Below, piece after piece: positions 1-8,861 of a stretch of DNA of 64,000 nt. The notes beneath the pieces are model-generated. The model was given only the letters and a program-made list of their open reading frames with translations, did no database searches and had not been told where the DNA came from. The translations under genes and the position numbers were made by a program. This DNA is from Pseudohongiellaceae bacterium (lineage in GTDB: Bacteria > Pseudomonadota > Gammaproteobacteria > Pseudomonadales > Pseudohongiellaceae). The stretch is taken from NCBI GenBank assembly GCA_049446715.1, contig JBMTQX010000009.1:3886-67885 (forward strand). The letters are read 5' to 3'. The first letter of the stretch is position 1. Each line of letters begins with the position of its first letter.

Positions 1-113
1 CGCGGCTGAACCCGCTCCTGCGGCATGGCATCTGCCATGATTTCCGCAAACATTCCTATTTACACCGCCTTGCAGGTGTATACTGCCCTCAACACCTTAC
101 TATCAGGCACTTA

Positions 114-2582
114 ATGTCCAAACGTAAAACCATAGTCGACCCCCACGCTCGCCGGGAGGCTGACCGCTACGCCAATCCCATCCCCAGCCGGGAATACATT
201 CTTGACCACCTCGAACAACGCGGTGAGCCCGCCCAGTTCAATGTCCTGTGCCGCGAATTGCAGCTCGACGATCATGAAGCCTGCGATGCCCTTGGCAAAC
301 GCCTGAACGCGATGTGCCGTGACGGACAGCTGATCTGCAGCCGTGCCGGCACCTACGGCCTGGTAAACAAGATGGCCCTGATCAAGGGCTATGTCATCGG
401 GAACAAGGACGGCTTCGGCTTCCTGGTGCCCGAAGATGGCAGCGGCGACCTCTACCTGGGGCCGCGCCAGATGCAGAAAGTCTTTGATGGCGACACCGTG
501 CTGGCCCGCGTGGCTGGCGTTGACCGCCGTGGCCGCAAGGAAGGCAAGATTGTCGAGATCCTGCAGCGCAAGAGCACACGCCTGGTCGGACGCTATTACA
601 AGGAAGCCGGCGCCGGTTTGGTAGTACCGCACAACAAGCGCATCTCCCAGGAAATCCTGGTCGCGAAGAAACAAAGCAAGGGCGCCAAAGACGGCGACTT
701 TGTCATGGTCGAGGTCACCCGTTTTCCGGAAGGCCATCGCAAGGCCACCGGCGAAGTCGTGGAAGTGCTCGGCGATGTCTCGACCCCCGGCATGGAAATC
801 GATGTCGCCCTGCGCTCGCACAACATTCCCCACGAATGGCCAGCCGGTTTTGACAAAGCCATGGCTGCGCTGCCAGATGCTCCCGATAACAGTGAGACCC
901 GGCACCGTATCGATTACCGCGACCTGCCTTTTGTCACTATCGATGGCGAGGATGCCAAGGATTTCGACGACGCAGTGTACTGCGAACGCCACGATAAGGG
1001 CTTCACCCTGTATGTCGCCATCGCCGATGTGTCCCATTACGTCCAGGTAGGCACCGCACTGGACCAGGAAGCGCGCAACCGCGGCACGTCGGTGTATTTC
1101 CCGGGTCACGTGGTGCCGATGCTGCCGGAAAAACTCTCCAACGGCCTGTGTTCACTACGCCCGCTGGAAGACCGCCTGGTCATGGTGTGCCGCATGCAGA
1201 TCAATGCCCAGGGCGATATTACCAATTACGATTTTTCCGAAGGCGTCATTTACTCCCACGCCCGCCTTACCTATACCGAGGTTGCCGCCCTCGTGCAGGC
1301 ACCGGGCAACGACAGCCAGACCAACATCCAGCAGCGCCTGAAAGACAAGTACGCCCCGCTGGTGGATGACCTCGACACGCTGTACACGCTCTACAAGATC
1401 CTGCACCAGGCGCGGGAAAAACGCGGCGCGCTGGATTTTGAATCTGTGGAAACGCGTATCGTGTTTACCGAGGACCGCAAGCTGGCGGAGATCCTGGAAG
1501 TGGAGCGCAACGATGCCCACCGCCTGATCGAGGAATGCATGCTGTGCGCCAACGTCTGTGCCGCCGAACTGTTGCTCGAACTGAAACAGCCCGCGCTATA
1601 CCGCGTGCATGCGGGGCCCAATGAAGAAAAGGTGGAGAACCTCTACGACTTCCTGCGCGGCATCGGCATTGGCCTGGCCCGCAAGGACAATCCCACCACC
1701 ACGGATTTCCAGACCATTCTCAAGCGCCTAGCCGACCGGCCCGACCGCCTAATCCTGCAGACCATCGTCATCCGCTCACTGATGCAGGCGGTTTATGCGC
1801 CCGACAACATCGGCCACTTTGGTCTCGGCTTTGGTGCCTATACCCATTTCACATCACCGATCCGGCGCTACCCCGACCTAATGGTGCACCGGGCCATTCG
1901 CTACCAGATCCGCAACAAGAAGAACAAGCACCTGCGCCAGGCCCCCGGGTCCAGGGCATTGGCAAAGAAGGATATCTACCCCTACACCCTGCCGGAACTG
2001 GATGACCTGGGCGGCCTGCTCTCCTCGGCCGAGCGCCGTGCCGATGCCGCCAGCTATGACGTCATCGATTGGCTCAAGTGTGAATACATCCAGCAGCACA
2101 TCGGCGATGCCTTTGATGGCACCGTCATGTCGGTGACCAACTTCGGCGTCTTCGTGGAGCTCGATGACATTCATATCGAAGGCCTGATTCATGTCACGGC
2201 ACTGCGCAACGACTATTACCATTTCGATCCGGTGGCCCACAGCCTGACCGGCGAGCGCACCGGCGAGAGCTTTCACCTGGGCGACCGCGTGCATGTGCAG
2301 GTTTCCCGTGTCGATATGGACGATCACAAGATCGACCTGCAGTTGTTGCAGGTACTGCAGAAGAACCGCAGTTCAGCGCCGGTGCCTCAGCGCGAGCGCG
2401 GGGATGGCAGCAAACGGGGCGTCCGAAAAAAGCAAGCGGGCAAGAAAAAACCGGCTAACAACCAGAAAGCGGCCAGCACCGGCAAAGCCAAGACCAAGGC
2501 CGATGCGCCGGGAAAAGCCGCCAAGGGATCCAAGCGGGGCAACCGCCGCAGTAGAAGCAGAAGCAAGAACAGCAGTAGTTAA
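114..2582 (+). CDS. rnr: Ribonuclease R (RNB-family 3'-5' exoribonuclease) with basic C-terminal tail
   Basis: 822-aa ORF; RNB signature HFGLGFGAYTHFTSPIRRYPDLMVHR; S1-like region then Lys/Arg/Ser-rich tail; rnr-rlmB synteny. Confidence 0.95.
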   Translation: MSKRKTIVDPHARREADRYANPIPSREYILDHLEQRGEPAQFNVLCRELQLDDHEACDALGKRLNAMCRDGQLICSRAGTYGLVNKMALIKGYVIGNKDGFGFLVPEDGSGDLYLGPRQMQKVFDGDTVLARVAGVDRRGRKEGKIVEILQRKSTRLVGRYYKEAGAGLVVPHNKRISQEILVAKKQSKGAKDGDFVMVEVTRFPEGHRKATGEVVEVLGDVSTPGMEIDVALRSHNIPHEWPAGFDKAMAALPDAPDNSETRHRIDYRDLPFVTIDGEDAKDFDDAVYCERHDKGFTLYVAIADVSHYVQVGTALDQEARNRGTSVYFPGHVVPMLPEKLSNGLCSLRPLEDRLVMVCRMQINAQGDITNYDFSEGVIYSHARLTYTEVAALVQAPGNDSQTNIQQRLKDKYAPLVDDLDTLYTLYKILHQAREKRGALDFESVETRIVFTEDRKLAEILEVERNDAHRLIEECMLCANVCAAELLLELKQPALYRVHAGPNEEKVENLYDFLRGIGIGLARKDNPTTTDFQTILKRLADRPDRLILQTIVIRSLMQAVYAPDNIGHFGLGFGAYTHFTSPIRRYPDLMVHRAIRYQIRNKKNKHLRQAPGSRALAKKDIYPYTLPELDDLGGLLSSAERRADAASYDVIDWLKCEYIQQHIGDAFDGTVMSVTNFGVFVELDDIHIEGLIHVTALRNDYYHFDPVAHSLTGERTGESFHLGDRVHVQVSRVDMDDHKIDLQLLQVLQKNRSSAPVPQRERGDGSKRGVRKKQAGKKKPANNQKAASTGKAKTKADAPGKAAKGSKRGNRRSRSRSKNSSS

Positions 2583-2586
2583 TACA

Positions 2587-3327
2587 ATGAGCCAGTCAGA
2601 ACAGGTTTATGGCATCCATGCCGTCAGCAGCCTGCTGAACCACCAGGCCGACAGTGTCGAGCGTCTGCTCGTTCTGGCCGGGCGTAAGGACAAACGGCTG
2701 CAATCATTGCTCGACAAGGCCGCCAGCAAGGGCATTTCCGTAAGTGAATGTTCGCGCCAGGAACTCGACCAGCAATGTCCGCATACCCATCAGGGCATAG
2801 TCGCCTTCAGCCGTGCCAGCAGCCGCGAGTTGCATGAACAGGATCTGGATGCTCTCTTGGAAAACCTGGACGGACCACCCTTCCTCTTGATTCTCGATGG
2901 CGTGACCGACCCACACAATCTCGGCGCCTGCCTGCGCAGCGCTGAAGCCGCCGGGGTCAGTGCAGTCATCGTGCCCAAGGACAATGCCGTGCAGCTCAAC
3001 GCCACTGTGCGCAAGGTCGCGTGCGGTGCTGCCGAGATCGTGCCCTTTGTCAGCGTCACCAACCTGGCACGCACGCTGGAAGCCCTCAAGGCCCGAGGCA
3101 TCTGGCTTTTCGGCGCCGCCGGGGAAGCACCGCAATCACTGTACCAGGCCGATCTCAAAGGACCTGTCGCGATTGTTATGGGTTCCGAAGGCAAAGGCCT
3201 GCGCCGCCTGACCCGCGAACATTGCGATACGCTGATATCGATTCCCATGGCAGGCGAAGTCAGCAGCCTGAATGTGTCGGTCTCGACCGGCATATGTTTG
3301 TTCGAGGCCGTACGCCAGCGGCGATAG
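2587..3327 (+). CDS. rlmB: 23S rRNA (guanosine-2'-O)-methyltransferase RlmB (SpoU/TrmH family)
   Basis: ATG at 2587 (MSQSEQVYGIHAV) just after the rnr stop; SpoU motifs LDGVTDPHNLGACLRSAEAAG and MGSEGKGLRRLT; the track start at 2293 overlaps rnr and is not used. Confidence 0.9.
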   Translation: MSQSEQVYGIHAVSSLLNHQADSVERLLVLAGRKDKRLQSLLDKAASKGISVSECSRQELDQQCPHTHQGIVAFSRASSRELHEQDLDALLENLDGPPFLLILDGVTDPHNLGACLRSAEAAGVSAVIVPKDNAVQLNATVRKVACGAAEIVPFVSVTNLARTLEALKARGIWLFGAAGEAPQSLYQADLKGPVAIVMGSEGKGLRRLTREHCDTLISIPMAGEVSSLNVSVSTGICLFEAVRQRR

Positions 3328-3357
3328 TTGGCCCGCTGACACAATGCCGATCCGTGT

Positions 3358-3387
3358 GTAGGTCGGATCAGCGCAGCGCCATCCGAC
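3358..3387 (+). repeat. REP family 1 copy, compensated stem variant (GTAG-GTCGGAT...ATCCGAC)
   Basis: GTAG head followed by a 7-bp stem; both stem halves are changed relative to the consensus GTCGGCA/TGCCGAC, so pairing is kept. Confidence 0.7.
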
Positions 3388-3481
3388 GTTTTACACCCAT
3401 TAACATCCGATCGACATAATCTTTTCGTTGGATGACGGCCTGTGGCCTTATATGACCTACCATCATCGATGGCTTGGCCTC

Positions 3482-3580
3482 GTAGGTCGGCATAGCGTAG
3501 CGTTTGCCGGCATTGTCATAACAACATCTGATCAACCCCCGGCATGCCTTGTCGGCTAGCGCTGCGCTATGCCGACCTAC
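3482..3580. repeat. REP family 1 inverted doublet (REPIN-like)
   Basis: 3482-3510 GTAGGTCGGCATAGCGTAGCGTTTGCCGGC (+) and 3551-3580 GTCGGCTAGCGCTGCGCTATGCCGACCTAC (- orientation). Confidence 0.8.
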
Positions 3581-3673
3581 TGCCTTTGCCGGGCAAATCA
3601 CCATTTCATTCCAACACTGAAGCCAGAATCCCATTACCGGCAGAGTGTGCTGCGCAACACGCAACATCTGGCT

Positions 3674-3952
3674 ATGATCAAATCTTTCGAACACAAAGGT
3701 CTGGCGCTGTTTTTCCGGACGGAAAACATGCAAGACATTAACCCGGCACTTAGTGAAAGACTGAAATTACAATTAGCAGCGTTGGATACAGTCCGCCGAA
3801 TGAAGCACCTGAATATCAGGAACTACAGGCTGCATCAGCTTAAAGGCAATCGACAGAGTGTCTGGTCCATCAAGGTAACGGCCAACTGGCCCTTAACCTT
3901 CGAGTTTACTGATGGGCATGTCCACATACTGGATTACGAGGATTACCACTGA
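3674..3952 (+). CDS. higB: HigB-type (RelE superfamily) toxin, 'plasmid maintenance system killer' family
   Basis: 92 aa from ATG 3674: MIKSFEHKGL...KVTANWPLTFEF...HILDYEDYH, typical HigB layout; 1-nt overlap (TGATG) with the downstream antitoxin; visibly AT-richer than its flanks. Confidence 0.85.
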   Translation: MIKSFEHKGLALFFRTENMQDINPALSERLKLQLAALDTVRRMKHLNIRNYRLHQLKGNRQSVWSIKVTANWPLTFEFTDGHVHILDYEDYH

Positions 3953-4260
3953 TGAAACAATTCAATCCCCCTCATCCCGGAGAATTTATCCTTGCCACCT
4001 ATATGGAGCCCTACGGAATGGAGCCCTACGGACTGGGCTGTCGATTCCTGGCGGAGAAACTCGATGTTGCTCCTTCAACACTGCACCGTGTTTTGCCGGC
4101 TAAAAGCGGGGTCAGTGCTGAAATGGCATTACGGCTATCCAAAGCACTAGGAAGAAGTCCGGAAAGCTGGCTGGCCATGCAACAAAATTATGACCTCTGG
4201 CATGCGCAGCAGAAAGCCAACCTTGGCAACGTTAAAAAAGTCAGGCTGGCAACGGCATAG
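3952..4260 (+). CDS. higA: HigA-type XRE-family HTH antitoxin
   Basis: 102 aa; N-terminal HPGEFI motif and HTH STLHRVLPAKSGVSAEMALRLSKALG...WLAMQQNYDLW typical of HigA/VapI; contains a 15-bp tandem duplication (MEPYGMEPYG). Confidence 0.85.
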   Translation: MKQFNPPHPGEFILATYMEPYGMEPYGLGCRFLAEKLDVAPSTLHRVLPAKSGVSAEMALRLSKALGRSPESWLAMQQNYDLWHAQQKANLGNVKKVRLATA

Positions 4261-4269
4261 GCTGGCCGT

Positions 4270-4374
4270 ATAGGTCGGCATAGCGAAGCGTTTGCCGACA
4301 TATTTCCTTTTAGTACTGTGCTCTGTTCCCGATATGCCCTGTCGGCAAAGGGCTTGCGGCCTATGCCGACCTAC
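4270..4374. repeat. REP family 1 inverted doublet (REPIN-like)
   Basis: 4270-4299 ATAGGTCGGCATAGCGAAGCGTTTGCCGAC (+) and 4341-4374 GTCGGCAAAGGGCTTGCGGCCTATGCCGACCTAC (-). Confidence 0.8.
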
Positions 4375-4460
4375 AATATGACCGACCACAGCGAGGATTT
4401 CTAGCTGCACTGACAGCGTCACAAACCACTGCCGAATTGGCACAGAAGCCACTGATTTGG

Positions 4461-4489
4461 TTGATTTCTTGGCCCCAACTCCCTAGAAT
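4461..4489 (+). promoter_or_regulatory. Sigma70-type promoter of the rpsF operon, followed by a ~130-nt structured leader
   Basis: TTGATT - 17 nt - TAGAAT; leader hairpins CCCGGC/GCCGGG (4503-4526) and CCCTG/CAGGG (4558-4572); rpsF leaders are known S6:S18 autoregulatory targets, but homology was not verified here. Confidence 0.55.
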
Positions 4490-4627
4490 GCGCCCTCTTT
4501 TCCCCGGCAAACCTGAACACGCCGGGCTGAATGAAAACTCCTTGTCTCACTGGAGTGCCCTGCGAACCAGGGATTGAAGTGCCTCAATGCACGCTGCAGG
4601 AGACTGTTAAACCATAGGGAATGCTAA

Positions 4628-5095
4628 ATGCGCCACTACGAAATCGTATTCATGGTGCATCCTGACCAGTCTGACCAGGTTGGCGGGATGACCGATCGTT
4701 ACACGAAACTTGTCACCGAGTCCGGTGGCACAGTCCATCGCATGGAAGACTGGGGACGCCGTCAACTGGCTTACCCCATCAACAAAATCCATAAAGCCCA
4801 CTACATTCTGATGAACATCGAATGCAGCCAGGAAGTGCTCGACGAGATCACTACCCTGTTCCGCTACAACGATGCCGTCCTGCGTAACATGGTTATCAAG
4901 CGCAAGGAAGCCATCTCTGAAATGAGTGAAATCATGAAGGCGGAAAACGAAAGTCGTGAACGCAAAGCCCGCGCCAGCGCGCGTATGGCCGCTGAAGAGT
5001 CCCGTTACAGCAAAGACAGTGACGACGATGACGATGACGACAGCGATGATGTTGATGACGACGATGACAACAACGAAGATTCTGACGAGTCTTAA
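4628..5095 (+). CDS. rpsF: 30S ribosomal protein S6 with long Asp-rich C-terminal tail
   Basis: [18 protein letters not shown]...[10 protein letters not shown]; 155 aa, ending [26 protein letters not shown]. Confidence 0.95.
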   Translation: MRHYEIVFMVHPDQSDQVGGMTDRYTKLVTESGGTVHRMEDWGRRQLAYPINKIHKAHYILMNIECSQEVLDEITTLFRYNDAVLRNMVIKRKEAISEMSEIMKAENESRERKARASARMAAEESRYSKDSDDDDDDDSDDVDDDDDNNEDSDES

Positions 5096-5118
5096 ACCGA
5101 TTTCACTGGAGAACACCC

Positions 5119-5349
5119 ATGGCACGATTTTTCAGACGCCGTAAATACTGCCGCTTCACCGCGGAAGGCGTAAAAGAAATAGATTACAAGGATCTGGATA
5201 CCCTGAAGGCCAACATTTCAGAGACCGGCAAGATCGTACCAAGCCGTATTACCGGTACCAAGGCGCGCTACCAGCGCCAGCTGGCCACTGCGATCAAGCG
5301 AGCACGCTACCTGGCTCTGATTCCGTACACAGATTCTCACGAAGTGTAA
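5119..5349 (+). CDS. rpsR: 30S ribosomal protein S18
   Basis: [30 protein letters not shown]...; directly follows rpsF with no priB between them. Confidence 0.95.
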   Translation: MARFFRRRKYCRFTAEGVKEIDYKDLDTLKANISETGKIVPSRITGTKARYQRQLATAIKRARYLALIPYTDSHEV

Positions 5350-5391
5350 TTCACTGGCGCGCGAAAGCGCGCCGGTTTTAAAGGGGAAAGC

Positions 5392-6219
5392 ATGCGCGGT
5401 TTGGCAGAATACGTGATGCTCGGGCGCCGACAGGCGGTCATTATCACACTGCTGTGTGGCTTCTTTCCCCTGCTGACGTTATTCAGCGCTGCCACCGTTG
5501 CCCTGGTGACATTACGCAAGGGCAGCAGTGAAGGTTTGCTAATCCTGCTATGGGCAATGTTGCCGGCAGGCACGTTCTGGGCGTTGGGTGATGTCTCGCC
5601 AACGTTTATTTGCAGCGGCGCCTTCATCGTGGCGTGGGCTTTGCGAGATACGCGGTCCTGGCAACTGGCCCTGTTGTTGGCCACGGGTGTTGCCCTGCTG
5701 GCACAGTTCAGCCTGGTGTTCCAGCAGAACTATGTCACCCAGGTCGAAACAGTGCTTAGCAGCGGCTTTGGTGGCCGTATGGACCAGGCCAGTGGTACGC
5801 AGTACACCGCACAGCAATTGTCGGCTTTACTGTTCAGCTTTTACGGCGCGTATCACGGCCTGATGGTGATTGTGAGTGTCATCATAGGACGCTACTGGCA
5901 GGCCCTGTTGTACAACCCGGGCGGATTTCAGCAGGAATTTCATCACCTGCGCATAGATCCACGGGTCATGATGTTACTGGTCGCCATCATCCTGGCAGGG
6001 TTGCTGGATGTGGAACCGATAGCAAGCTGGATGCCATTGTTCTGTTTAACACCGATGTTTGCAGGGCTGGCTTTCTCGCATTACATGGTAGCGGCAAGGA
6101 AAATGGGCACGCCGGTTTTAGCGCTGTGCTACCTGGCCCTGCTGTTCATGCCGCCAGTGATCATCCTGCTGGGCATGACTGACAGTGTTATGGATTTGCG
6201 CAAGCGCATACAGAAATAG
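5392..6219 (+). CDS. Polytopic inner-membrane protein of unknown function (conserved position between rpsR and rplI)
   Basis: 275-aa ORF with several hydrophobic segments; a similar gene occupies this position in Pseudomonas-like genomes. Confidence 0.7.
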   Translation: MRGLAEYVMLGRRQAVIITLLCGFFPLLTLFSAATVALVTLRKGSSEGLLILLWAMLPAGTFWALGDVSPTFICSGAFIVAWALRDTRSWQLALLLATGVALLAQFSLVFQQNYVTQVETVLSSGFGGRMDQASGTQYTAQQLSALLFSFYGAYHGLMVIVSVIIGRYWQALLYNPGGFQQEFHHLRIDPRVMMLLVAIILAGLLDVEPIASWMPLFCLTPMFAGLAFSHYMVAARKMGTPVLALCYLALLFMPPVIILLGMTDSVMDLRKRIQK

Positions 6220-6266
6220 AACGGGATCAGATCCCAAATTTGAACAGGTTATAACGAGGAAGAACG

Positions 6267-6827
6267 ATGGAAGTTATCTTACTGGAAAAAATGGGCAAGA
6301 TTGGCGACATTGGCGACCAGATCACCGTCAAAGCTGGCTACGCCCGCAACTTTCTGTTTCCCCAGTCCAAGGCGATTCCTGCCACCAAGGAAAACATTGC
6401 CACTTTCGAAGCCCGCAAGGGTGAGCTGCTGGCCAAGGCCGCAGAGAAACTGGCCGGTGAGCAGAAACGTGCTGCCCAGCTGGGCGGTATCGTGGTAACG
6501 ATCGAAGCCAATGCCAGCGACGAAGGCAAACTGTACGGTTCTGTCGGTACGCGCGAAATCGCCGCAGCAGCCACTGCCGGTGGTTTTGAAATCGACAAAA
6601 GTGAAGTTGATCTGCCGGAAGGTGCCCTGGGTCACACCGGTGAATACGACGTCACCATTCACCTGAGCCACGAAGTGAGCGCCGAAATCAAGGTCGTGAT
6701 TTCAAGCCCGTCTGGCGCCCAGCCGGATGCCGGTGACGGCATCATCGATGCGGAAGAAGAATCCGATGTCATCGTGCCGGAAGGTTCAGACGTTGCCGAA
6801 GCGATCGAAGAAGAAAAGAACGACTAA
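6267..6827 (+). CDS. rplI: 50S ribosomal protein L9 with acidic C-terminal extension
   Basis: MEVILLEKMGKIGDIGDQITVKAGYARNFLFPQSKA; 186 aa versus the usual ~150; tail rich in D/E. Confidence 0.95.
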   Translation: MEVILLEKMGKIGDIGDQITVKAGYARNFLFPQSKAIPATKENIATFEARKGELLAKAAEKLAGEQKRAAQLGGIVVTIEANASDEGKLYGSVGTREIAAAATAGGFEIDKSEVDLPEGALGHTGEYDVTIHLSHEVSAEIKVVISSPSGAQPDAGDGIIDAEEESDVIVPEGSDVAEAIEEEKND

Positions 6828-6868
6828 GGCTCGAACCCCGATCCGGCACTCCCGGATCAACCCAAAAG

Positions 6869-6897
6869 CCCGGATTCAAAAGATCCGGGTTTTTTTT
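6869..6897 (+). terminator. Rho-independent terminator of the rpsF-rplI operon
   Basis: CCCGGAT-tcaaaag-ATCCGGG followed by T8. Confidence 0.85.
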
Positions 6898-6950
6898 GCT
6901 TCGAGAAAATGCAGCGAAAACGAGCAAGTCATGTTTATCTGGCCGTTATC

Positions 6951-7223
6951 GATCAAAGGATAAAGAGGTAAGCCGATAAAGCGTATGCAGGAACACACGT
7001 GTAGGCCGACATAGACCGCAGCCCGTTTGCCGACATCGGAGATAAGGTCAGCGTGTCAGTAAAACCTCTAACCCTTTAGCCATCAAGGCATCTTTTCCAT
7101 GAGTGCTATTGAGTAAACTCTCCACAAATTCTTTTTTACGTCGGCAAACAGCCTGCGGTCTATGCCGACCTACCTCTAACTCCCGACAGACGGTTTATCG
7201 GTTTATCCCTTTATCCTTTTGTC
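6951..7223. repeat. Composite palindromic intergenic element: 34-nt outer inverted arms enclosing a REP family 1 doublet
   Basis: Outer arms 6951-6984 and 7190-7223 match 28/34 in inverted orientation; inner REP copies 7001-7033 (+, degenerate) and 7140-7173 (-). Confidence 0.7.
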
Positions 7224-7267
7224 GACAACCCCACCTATGCCCAAACTTCCCCGAATGCCCGTCGAAG

Positions 7268-8569
7268 CTATTGATTAATCAGGCGAGTCTCCCAGACCAC
7301 CTGCTTGTCCAGAGCGCGTGAGTACACCAGTTCACCGCCGAAGTTGGTGTAGTCGAAACCGAAGACCTCATACAACGCCTCAAAACTATTGGCGTGGTCC
7401 GCGTCGAAATTGGCGGCCAGGGCGGCGAGGGATTCTGCTTCGGTGAGTTGCCGCGCGATATTGATAAGGCCTTCATCGCGCATACCACCGATCAGCAGGT
7501 AGTGATTGCCATTGGGGGCAGGAAAGGTCGAGACCATGCCGAAGTCCTGGAAGCTCTCGCTGCCGGAAAGCGCCGAGGAACCGACATAGTATTCGTTGGA
7601 CTCCAGGTTGATGAGTTCATCGTAGGTGGCGCCGATGGACAGCCCGGAATCGGCAAACATCAGGTCCAGCAGGGTATCGGCCGCACTCAGGTAGCCCAGG
7701 TAAATGATGTGGTTGCCGGCCAGGTCAGCCGTATTCAGGTCGGACATCATCTTTACACTGATGCGATTGGCCTTGGCATCCAGCGCCGGCATGATGCGCG
7801 CCATGGTTTCGGCAATGCTTACCGGAATATAGCTCAGGTCGAGGTTGTAATACTTCCGACCGGCCTGCGGATTGCTGGCCTGGAAGCGGGACAGCTCGGC
7901 AGCGGAATTGATGTCGAACTCGCGCACCATGCGCACCACGTTACCGTCTGCATCGGTTTCCCCGAAAATGAAGTAGTCCCCGATCACCAGCAGGATGGGC
8001 AACTCGTCATCGAGAAACGAGTGCCAGGGCTCCATGCCTGCCACTGCCGGCCCGGCCGTGGCGACAGGTGCCAGGTTCTGATCACGGGGCAAAACGTTCA
8101 GCAGCAACAGCAGCAACGCCAAAGCGCTCAGCCCGAGTTTCCAGGACAGGCCCTGGCGGTCCTTGCTGTCGGCCGCGGACGTCGGTGCCCCCACTCTTTC
8201 CTGGTAATCGGCGTTCAGGTGGGTATTGATGATGTACTGCCCTTTCGGGATTTCGATACGGTACTTTTCGTCCTTGCCCTGGCGGCTGAAGTAGGTACCC
8301 ATTTTGTTGCGCAGATGATAGATGTGCACGCGCACGATGGAATCTTTCGAGACATCGAAATCCGCTTCCCGCCCCAGCACATCAACAGCGATGGCGGCTT
8401 CCTTGGGCGTATCGCCCTTGAGCGAGCACTCGACCAGGTAGCGCAGAATCGCACCATAGGTCTTGGAACGGCCGAGCACCCCGCTGTCGATAATGCGCGT
8501 GGTGAGGGCGTGAAGCTCTTCCTGGGTAATCTGGGTCATGGCTGCTGGCGTCCGTTTAGTGCCGAGCAT
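7268..8569 (-). CDS. Membrane-anchored winged-helix (OmpR/CadC/ToxR-like) transcriptional regulator with large periplasmic domain
   Basis: N-terminus LRYLVECSLKGDTPKEAAIAVDVLGREADFD...VRVHIYHLRNKMGTYF...YRIEIPKGQY resembles a trans_reg_C wHTH; one TM segment (LSALALLLLLLNVL); ~270-aa C-terminal domain; alternative start at 8539. Confidence 0.65.
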   Translation of the reverse strand: MLGTKRTPAAMTQITQEELHALTTRIIDSGVLGRSKTYGAILRYLVECSLKGDTPKEAAIAVDVLGREADFDVSKDSIVRVHIYHLRNKMGTYFSRQGKDEKYRIEIPKGQYIINTHLNADYQERVGAPTSAADSKDRQGLSWKLGLSALALLLLLLNVLPRDQNLAPVATAGPAVAGMEPWHSFLDDELPILLVIGDYFIFGETDADGNVVRMVREFDINSAAELSRFQASNPQAGRKYYNLDLSYIPVSIAETMARIMPALDAKANRISVKMMSDLNTADLAGNHIIYLGYLSAADTLLDLMFADSGLSIGATYDELINLESNEYYVGSSALSGSESFQDFGMVSTFPAPNGNHYLLIGGMRDEGLINIARQLTEAESLAALAANFDADHANSFEALYEVFGFDYTNFGGELVYSRALDKQVVWETRLINQ

Positions 8570-8604
8570 TGTCTTTCATTCTGAACGGATTACAAGCCCT
8601 TTTG

Positions 8605-8614
8605 TTAACGTTAA
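8605..8614. promoter_or_regulatory. Perfect 10-bp palindrome TTAACGTTAA (candidate operator), copy 1
   Basis: Lies in the regulator promoter region; related half-sites GTTTAAC/CGTTAAC at 8633-8651. Confidence 0.45.
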
Positions 8615-8780
8615 ACCTGCTCAATCAAGGCAGTTTAACATTACCGTTAACCCGCTACAGCCCTGATTTTGCGGGCATTGGCGGCAGGCTGCACAGTCCA
8701 TTCTGACAATTCATCAGCAACTCCGTTGGAGCTTCGTACGCGATTCTTAGGACAGGCATTTGCGGCAAGATCACTAAAAA

Positions 8781-8790
8781 TTAACGTTAA
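8781..8790. promoter_or_regulatory. Perfect 10-bp palindrome TTAACGTTAA, copy 2
   Basis: Identical 10-mer 176 bp from copy 1, between the TonB-dependent receptor stop and the regulator start. Confidence 0.45.
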
Positions 8791-8861
8791 ACAGGCGAAG
8801 CGCAGGACGCGCCCGTGTCGTCACGGGCGTGTCCTGCAGGGGCAATGAGGGAGATGAGAGT

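Noticed and set aside
111-1109. Long antisense ORFs opposite bona fide genes (for example 111-1109, 7394-8584, 12271-13389, 14487-15458, 17129-17920, 23890-24807, 31736-32632, 37755-38960, 40635-41669, 50421-51560, 56013-56744, 59071-59760)
   Set aside because: These are typical shadow ORFs of GC-rich DNA. Each lies fully inside a strongly supported gene on the other strand and has low-complexity, Arg/Gly/His-rich translations with no recognisable motifs.
2293-2586. Upstream extensions offered by the ORF track (rlmB from 2293, orn from 26271, efp from 31313, epmB from 31481, tolC from 44976, lpxL from 51238, waaG from 56663, waaP from 55585)
   Set aside because: The extensions overlap neighbouring genes or encode low-complexity sequence. 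Internal ATGs coincide with the conserved protein N-termini and, where checked, with SD-like sequences.
3368-3733. 121-aa minus-strand ORF (and 4147-4452) in the rlmB-higB and higA-rpsF spacers
   Set aside because: They run straight through REP hairpins, and the translations have no family resemblance, so the ORFs are artefacts of the repeats.
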